Below, in pieces: positions 10,685 through 20,416 of a DNA stretch of 64,000 nucleotides. The DNA is from Porphyridium purpureum (lineage: Eukaryota), in NCBI GenBank assembly GCA_008690995.1, contig VRMN01000001.1:2480001-2544000 (forward strand), read 5' to 3'. Position 1 is the first letter of the stretch, and every line of letters begins with the position of its first letter. Both the position numbers and the translations under genes were made by a program. The notes under the pieces are model-generated. The model worked only from the letters and a program-made list of their open reading frames with translations. It had not been told where the DNA came from and did no database searches.

Positions 10685-11611
10685 CTACACCTCTGCGATG
10701 GCCTCAATCTCGACAAGAGCATTCTTCGGAAGTGTCTTTGCTGCAAAGCAGGCACGTGCAGGCACGCGGGATCCTTTAAAGTACTCACTGTACAGCGTGT
10801 TCACAGTCGCAAAGTCGGCCATGTCGTCCAATAAAATGGTGGTCTTGATGATTTGTTCAGGGCCCTTGGCTCCCCCGGCTTTGAGAATCGCGTCCAGGTT
10901 GGCCAGAACTTGTTTCGTCTGTTCTTCGATGGTCGTGCCGGCAAAGTCGCCCGTCTTAGGGCTCAGTCCGATGCAGCCACTGATGAAAAGCATACCGTCT
11001 GCGGTGCGAATGCCTTGATTGTACGGCCCCACGGCAGCTGCGGCCAGATCAGTCGCCACAATTTCACTGCGCCGAGGAGGCAGCGCTGCGGTCACCTGTA
11101 TCTCTACCAGCAGTTCAGGTCGCACGAGCTTGGCCTCCACTGTTGCGCGCACCGGCTTGTTCTGTACATCCAGCCACTGCTCCCATTCCTTGTTCATTTC
11201 GGCCACGGTTGAGATATCCGAAAGCCAGATCGAGGCGCTCAGAATGCGAGACTTGTCAATGTTCACGCTTGCGAGCAGATTGTCGATTTTGTCGAGGACG
11301 GATTTGGTCTGATCTGCAACCGTGGTCTGCTTGGTGGCGTCGGCCGTCACCTGACCGGAAATGTATACTGTTCCGTTGTGCACCACCAGCTGGTTGAACA
11401 GCGGCAGCGCATTCAAGGCGCTACGCTCGATATCACGTCCCGCACTCGCGTAAACGACTCTCTGTCCACGACGGCTCGCGCATCGTCGCATCGCCCCAAG
11501 CGAATGCAGAGACGAGCCCGCAAGGGAAGGCAGCTGGGCTTTCTGCGCTTGCAAGAGCCGGGCTGCCGACCAGCGCGCCACTGGCCGTGACACCGAGACG
11601 ACGAACGCCAT
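10685..11611 (-). CDS. ridA: Two-domain Rid (YjgF/YER057c/UK114) imine deaminase with transit peptide
   Basis: Domain 1: TVYISGQV...PVRATVEAKL...LVEIQVTA. Domain 2: AVGPYNQG...PARACFAAKTLPKNALVEIEAIA. MAFVV- start. Confidence 0.92.
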   Translation of the reverse strand: MAFVVSVSRPVARWSAARLLQAQKAQLPSLAGSSLHSLGAMRRCASRRGQRVVYASAGRDIERSALNALPLFNQLVVHNGTVYISGQVTADATKQTTVADQTKSVLDKIDNLLASVNIDKSRILSASIWLSDISTVAEMNKEWEQWLDVQNKPVRATVEAKLVRPELLVEIQVTAALPPRRSEIVATDLAAAAVGPYNQGIRTADGMLFISGCIGLSPKTGDFAGTTIEEQTKQVLANLDAILKAGGAKGPEQIIKTTILLDDMADFATVNTLYSEYFKGSRVPARACFAAKTLPKNALVEIEAIAEV

Positions 11612-12012
11612 TGCGTTTCGGATTCACGTGCAAATCTCCGAATCAAGCCTGAGCAAATGTGATGGGTACGGACGCACGTGGCAGAGAATCGCTACTTTAT
11701 CTGTCTGTCTGCTTGTCGATGGCTCTCCTCGTGCCGAATGTGTCTTTCCCGTCCCGTCCCACCCGATCCACAAGCCATCTCGCCGCGCCTGCCCACGCCG
11801 CAAGCTGTACTTCTAGCTGTACCGCATCATGCGCACGATGCGATCGATCTTCGGCGGAACGCTCATTGTGTAAGCAGTGCGTGTACAGCGTGTACTGTGC
11901 TCGGCCAGTCGTGTTGAAGTGCGTGCGCGGAGCGCACAAGGTTTGAGCAGCACATGTGGAGTTGCAGATACGCACGCGGACGCTGCACGCCACGCCCGTA
12001 CTTAGCCCGGCA

Positions 12013-14595
12013 ATGGCGCCAAAGCCAAAGCCAAAACCAAAACCAAAGCCAGAGCCAGGCCCAGCGCCAGACGCAGAAGCAAAGACAAGACAAACGGTGA
12101 GACTCATGCCAGACCCGAAGACTCGCAAGACAAGCACAGACGAGAGGTTGTTGCGGAAGACCGAACAGGTGTCGAAGTCTGTCTCGAAACGTCTACGCGA
12201 GAATTCCGAGGCAAAGCACGGAAAGGGCCAAAGCGAGGAGATGCAGAAGAGGGCCAAGCGTGGTGCACTAAGAAAGAGCAGTGCTCCGGCTGGGGTAAGT
12301 GTTGAGCCTGAGCCTGCTGTCGGCGCCGAGGTGCCGAGCGAGTCCCGGGTTGTCGTCGAGCGTGCGCCTGACGCTACGGATCGGGCTTCAGTTGAGTCTG
12401 CTGGTCTTCGCAAGGGCATCTTACGACAGGAATCGTCTAGAAGTCTCACTTCAGGATCGAAGATGGGCTTTTCAAAGGTGCCAGGCCGGAGAAAGTCTTC
12501 TGTGGACAAGTGTGATAAGACTGCAGAAGGTAACGATTCGTATGGAGAATTGGCTCTGAAAAGTGGTGTGCATCGTCGTGCGGAGGGTATTGAAAGTATG
12601 AGGAATGTACGCACGGAAACTGCAAATGATCCTGGGGTCGGTAATTGCTCGAACAGTCGAGGGGACGCTCTGCAGAGTCAAAAAATCAGAGACAATTTAG
12701 CCGGCGTATCCAAAAGCAGACCTACTACAGCTCGCTCTGGAATTAACGAGGGAATTGACGATTCTGTTGCCAAGGCAAAGACAAGGATCCCCCAATTGTC
12801 GATGGAGACAGCTCGCACCAAGCAGAGAGTGCGAATTCGTGATAAGACTGGCGCCAAGGACGTCGGACGTGTCGTCGTGAACAAGGAGCGAGAGGTTAAG
12901 TCTCATCCAAAGCTGGAAAATCCGGGTTCGAACATGGTCTCGCCTCTGGTTGTCGACGAAAATTACGACAGTCCTGAAGAAGTTGACGCTGCCGATGGAG
13001 GGAATGTGAAGCCTGCCCTGGCAGCGCTTGGCGCAGGAATGGGAAGTACCGAGCTTGGCGTAAATATTGAATCAAAGTTCGGCAACGTAAGACCCTTGAA
13101 AGCTAATGCTGAAGCCGCAGGGCGTACGTTCCACGTCAATATGTTTCTTAGTTTTGCTTCAGCGCAAGCAAGCGAATGGGTAATGGATCAGCACGTGTCG
13201 ACGCAGTGGCTTCAAGTACTGGAGGGAAGGTTTGAAACATACAAGAACAAATCACGCCAAGAAAAGAAACTCGAGCAGGGTGCGTTTTTCCTGTCTGTAT
13301 TTGACCTGGTGCACGAAATACGACCAGGAATGCATGATCCTGATCAGTTTTATGAAGAGTATCGCGCGTGGTATGCCGACCGGGTCAAGAGTAAAGCTCG
13401 CGATGTGTCTCGTGAAGTCATGCAGCACGAACAGACAAGGGAAGAGCTCGTCTGTGCACCGCAGAAAACACGATCACAGGTAGGGTCTCGAGGGGATGCA
13501 TTTGCGAAAATGAAAGAAGAACTGCGCCGGCAATTGGAAGCTGCAAATGGGGAAAAGGAGCTAAATGTTCTCTACATGGCGGGATTGGCAGATGATCAAG
13601 TAGGCGATGAAAATGTCGAAATCATCGAAGAGGCTGGAGTTGACGAACGTCAGGAGTTACTGAACGATGGCGAAAGTTTGTTGAATCTTGAATTCCTCAA
13701 GAGTATGATGGAAATGAAGGCGAGCGACCGCGTTTCTTCTATTAATACTGAATGCGTGCCGCTTCTGCAAGTCGCCGTGCGGATGCGCTTGTCCAAGATT
13801 TTGGAGCAGCTTGTTTTGATCAAAGCATCAAGGCAAGAGTATCTGGGGCGCCAGAGGAACTACACGCGAACCCTTGACTTTAACTCGTTCCCGAATGTTC
13901 GTAGCCAGCTGAGGGAGTTAAGAACTGAGGAAATTCATGATCTCAATGAGGCGGCAGCCCGCAGGAGACGAAGTCACATACGGCCAGTTAAAACTTCAAA
14001 GAATGTTCATTCTCGAGAGGCTTCAGAGAAAGCACGAATTCTTAAACATGATTTAGATATGAGTTCGAGGAACGAGTCACTTGTCGTTGCAGTGGAGAAA
14101 CATCAGAGTGGGCCACGTGATGGTATTGACACGGGAAAAACGGAATGGAGCGGGATCGACCATCCCGAAGGAGCAAGAGAAAGTTGGAGGGCACCCAACC
14201 ATGAACAGTCGGCATCGACGAGCAATCAGGACGAATGTGCAGGCCAACACACTCCAAAAAAAATCGGTGTTGCACAGGAGACGGACAATGTGATAGGTAC
14301 CGTGACGACGGAGCGCGGAGGAGACCATGGCACAACAGGGAACGACACTGGTAGGACAGAGGTGTCACCCACAAATATCTCTCGCGCAGGGGCGCGCCAA
14401 AGATGTGCGAGCCCTTTAGTACCCGGTGGTTCCTTGCTGAAACGAAATCGAATGTCCATTCCTTTTTCTGTCTCCGAGCTTGGACCGATCACGATGAGAG
14501 ACTTCTTGTTCTTCATGGAGAGAGACCCGAACATGAGATCCTCGATATTAATACATATCGGGTACGTCTTTCTGGGAAGCCTTCAATGCAAGTAG
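12013..14595 (+). CDS. TAF4: TAF4-like transcription initiation factor TFIID subunit
   Basis: Histone-fold-like LLQVAVRMRLSKILEQLV and C-terminal ITMRDFLFFMERDP motif typical of TAF4; long disordered N-terminus. Confidence 0.7.
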   Translation: MAPKPKPKPKPKPEPGPAPDAEAKTRQTVRLMPDPKTRKTSTDERLLRKTEQVSKSVSKRLRENSEAKHGKGQSEEMQKRAKRGALRKSSAPAGVSVEPEPAVGAEVPSESRVVVERAPDATDRASVESAGLRKGILRQESSRSLTSGSKMGFSKVPGRRKSSVDKCDKTAEGNDSYGELALKSGVHRRAEGIESMRNVRTETANDPGVGNCSNSRGDALQSQKIRDNLAGVSKSRPTTARSGINEGIDDSVAKAKTRIPQLSMETARTKQRVRIRDKTGAKDVGRVVVNKEREVKSHPKLENPGSNMVSPLVVDENYDSPEEVDAADGGNVKPALAALGAGMGSTELGVNIESKFGNVRPLKANAEAAGRTFHVNMFLSFASAQASEWVMDQHVSTQWLQVLEGRFETYKNKSRQEKKLEQGAFFLSVFDLVHEIRPGMHDPDQFYEEYRAWYADRVKSKARDVSREVMQHEQTREELVCAPQKTRSQVGSRGDAFAKMKEELRRQLEAANGEKELNVLYMAGLADDQVGDENVEIIEEAGVDERQELLNDGESLLNLEFLKSMMEMKASDRVSSINTECVPLLQVAVRMRLSKILEQLVLIKASRQEYLGRQRNYTRTLDFNSFPNVRSQLRELRTEEIHDLNEAAARRRRSHIRPVKTSKNVHSREASEKARILKHDLDMSSRNESLVVAVEKHQSGPRDGIDTGKTEWSGIDHPEGARESWRAPNHEQSASTSNQDECAGQHTPKKIGVAQETDNVIGTVTTERGGDHGTTGNDTGRTEVSPTNISRAGARQRCASPLVPGGSLLKRNRMSIPFSVSELGPITMRDFLFFMERDPNMRSSILIHIGYVFLGSLQCK

Positions 14596-14957
14596 AGACA
14601 CATTAGAGCCCACTGGAAACGTGAATAGATAAATATGGTAGCGACAGCTTCTGCATGGAAACACGACTCGACTTCAAGTGGATGGCCTACTCCTTTTCAG
14701 CGATGGCAGCGCGAGGACTGTGCGTTCTTGCGATGACGAATGGATGGCCGTATCATTTGAGCGCATTGACGAGTTGCGGAGATGACGATTCTTATTGATC
14801 AACAAGATGCGGCGCGAGCAGAGGCTGCTGCGGTGCAAGTGACGGAGTACGCAGTAAAGTACACTGACTGTACTTGTGCAGAGCAGCAAGTTGCGGCTCG
14901 TGCGGCGTCACGCAGACGCGCTACGGCTGTGGCGACAGCGCTGAGCGAGTCTGCGTT

Positions 14958-16001
14958 ATGATGGCTGGATCGACAGCATGGATGGTGCGATGGATGCGGA
15001 ATGCGCGGGTGCGGCGCGCGTGGCTTGGTGAAAGTTCGTACTCGACGATGTCATCGCAGCCGTCGAAGCAGCATGATGCGAGCGTAAGCATGATGGTGTC
15101 CGAGATGTTCGCCAGTGTGCAGGGAGAAGGGCCGAACTCGGGGCGCCCGTCAGTGTTTCTGAGGCTCGGGCTTTGCAATCTGGAGTGTGCGTGGTGCGAT
15201 ACAAAGTACACGTGGCTCTTCAAGGAAGAGCAGCTGCGCCGTATACGCGCAGACGTGGCACCTGACTTGAAGCACACCGTTGGCGACCGCGTGTTTGACC
15301 GCAAGGGGGAGCTCCAGAAACTTGGCCTGGACCAGGTAATCGCCCAGGTGAATGCACTGGGAAAGTCACAAATCTCTCGCGCTGCGGCCGTCGTGATCAC
15401 AGGGGGGTAAGTACCGAATGTTTGCATCTCTAGATTGAATAGGCTTTTGCGGGCGTGGTTCACATGTTCCAGGCTCGCCAGACATGCTTTTAGAGTATTG
15501 AGACTAACCCGTGCTCTTCTGATGCTTGTCATGTCATTTTGAATCCAAAGCGAGCCCCTTGTCCACAAGCCTCAGCTCACATATCTGGTGCCTGCCCTGC
15601 TGGACCATGGCTACGAGGTCGAGTTTGAGACCAACGGGACGCTGAGTCCAAGAGGTATTCCCGTGGAAAGAACGGTTCATTTCAACGTGAGTCCGAAACT
15701 ACGAAATGCTGCGCATGGGAATACGAAGCAAACCATAAAGCCGGATGTGCTTCGTGAGTTTGTAGAGCGGGGCGCTGCTTTCAAGTTTGTCATCCAGTCT
15801 CCCAATGATGTGGACGAGGTCCTGGAAGTGCTTGACGCCTCGAGTGTTCCCCGTGCGCGCGTCTTTTTGATGCCTCAGGGCAAGACTCACGCCGAGCTTG
15901 CCGAGCGTGGCGCTTGGGTAGCCGAACTGTGTGTAAGGCACGGCTTGAATTACTCCCACCGTGTGCATGTTGCTCTCTGGGGCGATAAACGCGGAGTTTA
16001 G
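14958..16001 (+). CDS. queE: 7-carboxy-7-deazaguanine synthase (radical SAM), two exons 14958-15406 and 15551-16001
   Basis: EMFASVQGEG, FLRLGLCNLECAWCDT (CxxxCxxC), ITGGEP restored by splicing, ETNGT, NVSPKL, RVHVALWGDKRGV. Confidence 0.9.
15407..15550 (+). other. Spliceosomal intron (144 bp) in queE
   Basis: GTAAGT donor at 15407, ACTAAC branch point at 15503-15508, AAG acceptor ending 15550; removal joins TGG|EPL in frame with the downstream ORF. Confidence 0.92.
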
Positions 16002-16198
16002 CTTACAAGAAAGGGAACGTCGTGGGAGCCATGAGTTTCTTTCGATGAAAAAGGCATGCGAGGACCAATGAGTCGAGTGTGCAGTCGTGATATTTATTTT
16101 GACGTCCAACACGGTTCCACATGGCTATACAGGGGACACGCAACCGAGCGGCTCCGTTTCAAGAAACGGACTCTTTCACATTTTGTCGCTGCGAGAGC

Positions 16199-16861
16199 TC
16201 ACAGCTCAAAATCAATGTTGTATCGGATCTTGGCGTATCCGCGCACGTAATCCTTCCAGGAGTCAAACACGCCCTGATTGTAGTCGGAAGAAGTGGCAGG
16301 TAGTACGCTCGTGTCCAGCTGTGTCGCCTTCGTCGCTGCTTGGAGCGCCTTTAGGTACGAATGTATGGAAACCTGCTCGACAGCCCGTTCTAGAAGCTGC
16401 TTCCGCGTGGCTCGCTTCTTTTTCTGAGATTGGGATGCTTTTTTCCTGCGAGTCATAGCTGCAGACTGTCTGGAGGGTGCCCTTCTCGGATTCAACGTCT
16501 TCCTCGAAGGCTCTGCGTCAAGTAGCGCGGGCGCAGCGTCCACAGCGGCACGGCCAGAGCTCAGGTCCGACTCGCACGTCGGCTTGAGGATAAGCAATTC
16601 ATTGGCTTTCGTTGCGTTTGCCTGCTCCGCGACAGCTTTGCTCCGTGCGAAGTACACACTGTCGTCCGGTGCAGTTGAAAAAGCCTCCAACGCGCCCATC
16701 TCGAAAGTGGTTTCGGCGAACAAGCCTTCAAGGGCAACTACAGCGTGGCGATTCAAAGCCTTGTGGTGCTCCGGGAAGGCACTGAAAACTTGCGAAACTT
16801 CGTCCAACACACTGGTTGTCCAATCTCCAAACAGGTCCATGTGCCCAGCGCGGTCCATCAT
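16199..16861 (-). CDS. Hypothetical protein; frame stays open upstream to ~16987, so there may be an upstream exon
   Basis: 220-aa ORF with protein-like composition and a basic NLS-like stretch; no family recognised. Confidence 0.45.
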   Translation of the reverse strand: MMDRAGHMDLFGDWTTSVLDEVSQVFSAFPEHHKALNRHAVVALEGLFAETTFEMGALEAFSTAPDDSVYFARSKAVAEQANATKANELLILKPTCESDLSSGRAAVDAAPALLDAEPSRKTLNPRRAPSRQSAAMTRRKKASQSQKKKRATRKQLLERAVEQVSIHSYLKALQAATKATQLDTSVLPATSSDYNQGVFDSWKDYVRGYAKIRYNIDFEL

Positions 16862-18165
16862 GAAGGGACTCTTTGGGGGGCTCTTTGAAGAGGCAATGAT
16901 AACAATTGTTCTGCTACCTGCATGGATGTATGTACCTGGTTGGCTCTCGCTGCGGACGTGGGAATTCTGATTTCGTTTCGCTCTTCTCTAGTTGCTTTTG
17001 TACCCGGGCTATGATCGTGGATTTCTTTCTCTTTCTCTATCCCGTGTGACTCTTTGCTCAAAACGCTCCGTTGTGCTCACGATGACACTAGAGCCATCCG
17101 GTTTGTTTCTGAGGACGTGTGAAGCTAGCGCCAGGCGGCACACGCTGAACAAGTTACCTCGGTACTGGCCTTGTATTGCATTGGCGCATATGCTCGATGA
17201 GATCTACAAGAGCTCGTGGAGTTTGCAATGTTGGCAGAGATGAACGTTAGCCATCCTCATCCCCACGTAGCTATTGCCCATTGATTATAGCTAGACGGAG
17301 CGCGTTAGTATACGGTAGACCCTGGACGCAATTGCGCCACCTTTCTCCTCTCCAGAACGTATGCAAGGGGTACGTGAATCGTGACTATGACGATGAGTTT
17401 TAATTGGGCTGCGCGCCACGTGGTAAGTAGTGATGTCCATGCCATCGCTCCACCGCGACATACTTCATCACGTCGGCGGAGTAGCTGTCATGCTCCCCTA
17501 TTTCCTTTCATGCGTGGGCAAACGCACGGAGCGTTGCATTCACAGTAGAAAAGCTTGAATTCCAGTTGAGCTTACCGAGGCTCGATCGATCGCACAGACT
17601 CGGACTCGAGTGTGAGGAACGTGCCCCCAAGCCGGCAACTCCGTATGGCTTGGTATTCAACCCGCTGTTGTGTTTCTTTGATTCGATTCCACGTCGCTTG
17701 TGCGTTTTCGATTCCCGCTCACCGTAGTCGAACGTCAAAATCAGAGGATGACCCAGCTCATTCTGAGACACGCACCTACACTGTAAACTCAGCGCGAGCG
17801 TACGACGAGAACCGCGCCGTTAGCACGCAGCACATCCCCTTGCCCTCGCGTCCTGCGTGCCTCCACGATTTCCGATGCTGGCAGCGTAGCCGCGTGACTC
17901 CGATGCCCGCTCGGCCACAGCTGCGCCCGCACGCTCCCAGAGCACGTTGCCCTGCCCTCTGAGGATTGACTCCAGGCGACGCGCCTCCGCGCTGCATGTT
18001 GGCCATCCAGCTCGCATTCATGTAAACGAGCGACATCGTTCAACCAAATACGCGGTTCCTCCTAACCGATTCCTTATCGGTTCGGTTCATCGGCTGACCA
18101 AATTCAAAAGAAGTACAGTGCTTGTGAGGACAGCGCGCGCGGGAGGCAGGGGATGTGGCTTGGAC

Positions 18166-20181
18166 ATGTGCCTGATGGCATGGCGCGCATGGCGGCGAAC
18201 AGCGCATGTTATGGTGATATGGAGGATACAGGACGGCGGCACAGCCGTGCACCAGGTGCTTGCGCTGGTTCTGGTTGTGGTATCGACGCGTTTGATCGAA
18301 GGAGCGCACAGCTTGGCGTCCAGCCAGCACCATCAGCAGCAGCCGCAGGGACTGGCTGCCGCTATGCACTTGTGGGGCATTCCGCATGAGCCGTACGCCG
18401 TGTGTCCGTACGATCCGTTCGATAAGCTCGGGCAAATGCAGGATGCTTCGCTGGAGCATCAACAGCAGTGTGTGGCGATTGATTTCGTTTACTCAATGTT
18501 GTCTGAGGAAGCCAAAGCTCGATTTGCCATCGAGCGCTTCGGGCTCGATCCGTTTCGCCGCGTCGGCTCGTACGCAGCGTACAAGCAGCAGCTCCGGAAT
18601 GCACGCGGCTGTTCATCTACTCTGGTTTCACCAGAAAGCTCTTCCATGCACGCGAGCGCGTGCGCCGGCGTGCCCACGAAGGCCCCGGCGCCCTATGTTT
18701 TCGAGGAGCACGACGACATTCAGGCCAAGGCCGACGCGATCAGGAACGCCACACGGGGGGCATTTTTGGCATATACCTTTTATGCGTTCGGCTCGGACGA
18801 GCTTGCGCCCCTGTCGAGAGGTGGAGTCAATAATTTTGGAGGCATGGGTGTGACCATCATTGACAGTCTAAGCACGTTGTACATGATGGATCTAATGGAG
18901 GAGTACGCGCTAGCCCGGGCGTGGGTCGAGAATCAGCTCAGTTTTGAGCGCGTAGGCGAGGTGGTGGTCTTCGAAACTATCATTCGCGTTGTTGGAGGAC
19001 TGGCCAGTACATTCCAGCTCACGGGTGACGAATTGTTTCTGCGGAAAGCGGAAGAGCTGGGAAAGCTGCTAGGTTTCGCGTTCCATTCACCGTCTGGCGT
19101 GCCGTTTCCTCTCTGTCATCTGGGGCGTAGGGTGTGCTACGCTAAGACTTCTCATAATGAGATGATTCCGATTGCTGAGGCCGGAAGCATTCAACTCGAG
19201 TTCCGCGCTCTGTCAGCCATGTCGTCCGATCCCTTCATTCAAGGCATTCGCTTCTCGGCTGACGATTTTTTCCGGCTTGTCGATTCTTACTTTGAAGCAG
19301 GCGAGGTGCGTGTTGATGGAAATGTGTCTATGAGCGGCCTTCTTCCGTCAAAGATCAATTTCCGAACCGGTCGCTTCAAGAGCTCTATGCACATGCTCGG
19401 CGCGCCGTCAGATAGTTACTATGAGTACCTGTTCAAGCTGTGGGTGCAAAGCGGCTACACAGAACGACATTTATTTGAAAAATTCCGCAATGTCGTGCGC
19501 GACACTATAAGGTACCTGCTCAGACGGTCTCCCGCCTTGGGGTTGTACTATGTGTTTGAGCTTAGCGGAGGACAGCCCATCACCAAGATGGACCACTTCA
19601 GTTGCTTTTTCCCCGCTACCTTGGCCAGCGCTTGCAGCTTGCCGTTCGCACCACTGTCTAACGCTGAGCGTGCGGAGTGGATGGAGCTTGCCGAGATGCT
19701 GGCCGAAACATGCCATGAAATGTACTCGCGCTCTCCTAGTGGCCTCGCGCCCGAGCATGTGCTCTTTGACACTGGGAAGCGTGACTGGGTAATGTTTGGA
19801 AGCTACGAGCAACGGCCAGAGGCCATCGAGGCGTTTTTGTTTTTGTGGCGAACCACCCGGAACCCGAAATATCGGGACTGGGCGTGGTCAATCTTTGAGC
19901 GTATTCAGCAGCACTCGCGTACTGCCGAAGGCGCGTACGCAACGCTAAGCAAAGCACGCTCACGAAGACCACCCAAGGCTGATCGCATGCACAGCTTTCT
20001 CATATCTGAGACATTCAAATACCTGTATCTCATGTTTCAGCCCGACCACGTGCTACCCATGCATCTGTTCGTGCTCAACACTGAGGCACATCCGCTGTTG
20101 CTGCAGCCGCACGGCCTTTTGCCTCCTCAAGCACAAGACGCTTCAAAAGACGGGGGGACCTCCGCAGGTTCACTCCCTTAA
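18166..20181 (+). CDS. Class I alpha-1,2-mannosidase (GH47)
   Basis: AFGSDELAPLS, TIIDSLSTL, FETIIRVVGGL, DSYYEYLFKLW, RPEAIE, SETFKYLYL, NTEAHPL; start codon uncertain. Confidence 0.95.
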   Translation: MCLMAWRAWRRTAHVMVIWRIQDGGTAVHQVLALVLVVVSTRLIEGAHSLASSQHHQQQPQGLAAAMHLWGIPHEPYAVCPYDPFDKLGQMQDASLEHQQQCVAIDFVYSMLSEEAKARFAIERFGLDPFRRVGSYAAYKQQLRNARGCSSTLVSPESSSMHASACAGVPTKAPAPYVFEEHDDIQAKADAIRNATRGAFLAYTFYAFGSDELAPLSRGGVNNFGGMGVTIIDSLSTLYMMDLMEEYALARAWVENQLSFERVGEVVVFETIIRVVGGLASTFQLTGDELFLRKAEELGKLLGFAFHSPSGVPFPLCHLGRRVCYAKTSHNEMIPIAEAGSIQLEFRALSAMSSDPFIQGIRFSADDFFRLVDSYFEAGEVRVDGNVSMSGLLPSKINFRTGRFKSSMHMLGAPSDSYYEYLFKLWVQSGYTERHLFEKFRNVVRDTIRYLLRRSPALGLYYVFELSGGQPITKMDHFSCFFPATLASACSLPFAPLSNAERAEWMELAEMLAETCHEMYSRSPSGLAPEHVLFDTGKRDWVMFGSYEQRPEAIEAFLFLWRTTRNPKYRDWAWSIFERIQQHSRTAEGAYATLSKARSRRPPKADRMHSFLISETFKYLYLMFQPDHVLPMHLFVLNTEAHPLLLQPHGLLPPQAQDASKDGGTSAGSLP

Positions 20182-20416
20182 GGGATATGCATGTCGAAAG
20201 GCGCCAGGTTTCTAATAGCGGGCTGGTCATCAGTGTCCGATGCCGCCAGTTCGCAAGAAAGAACAGATCAAAATTGATTCTTTGGTGCGCGGAAGACCGC
20301 ATACCATGTATACATAACAGTAAGGCTCTCGTAATATGGAGCGCGCGCCATTGAAAGCATTCCGGCGCGTCTGAGCATCTACCAGTAACATTCATGAGAC
20401 AATTTTCTGCTAAAAC

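Noticed and set aside
14874..16001. queE as a frameshifted pseudogene (two ORFs)
   Set aside because: A canonical intron with branch point restores one frame
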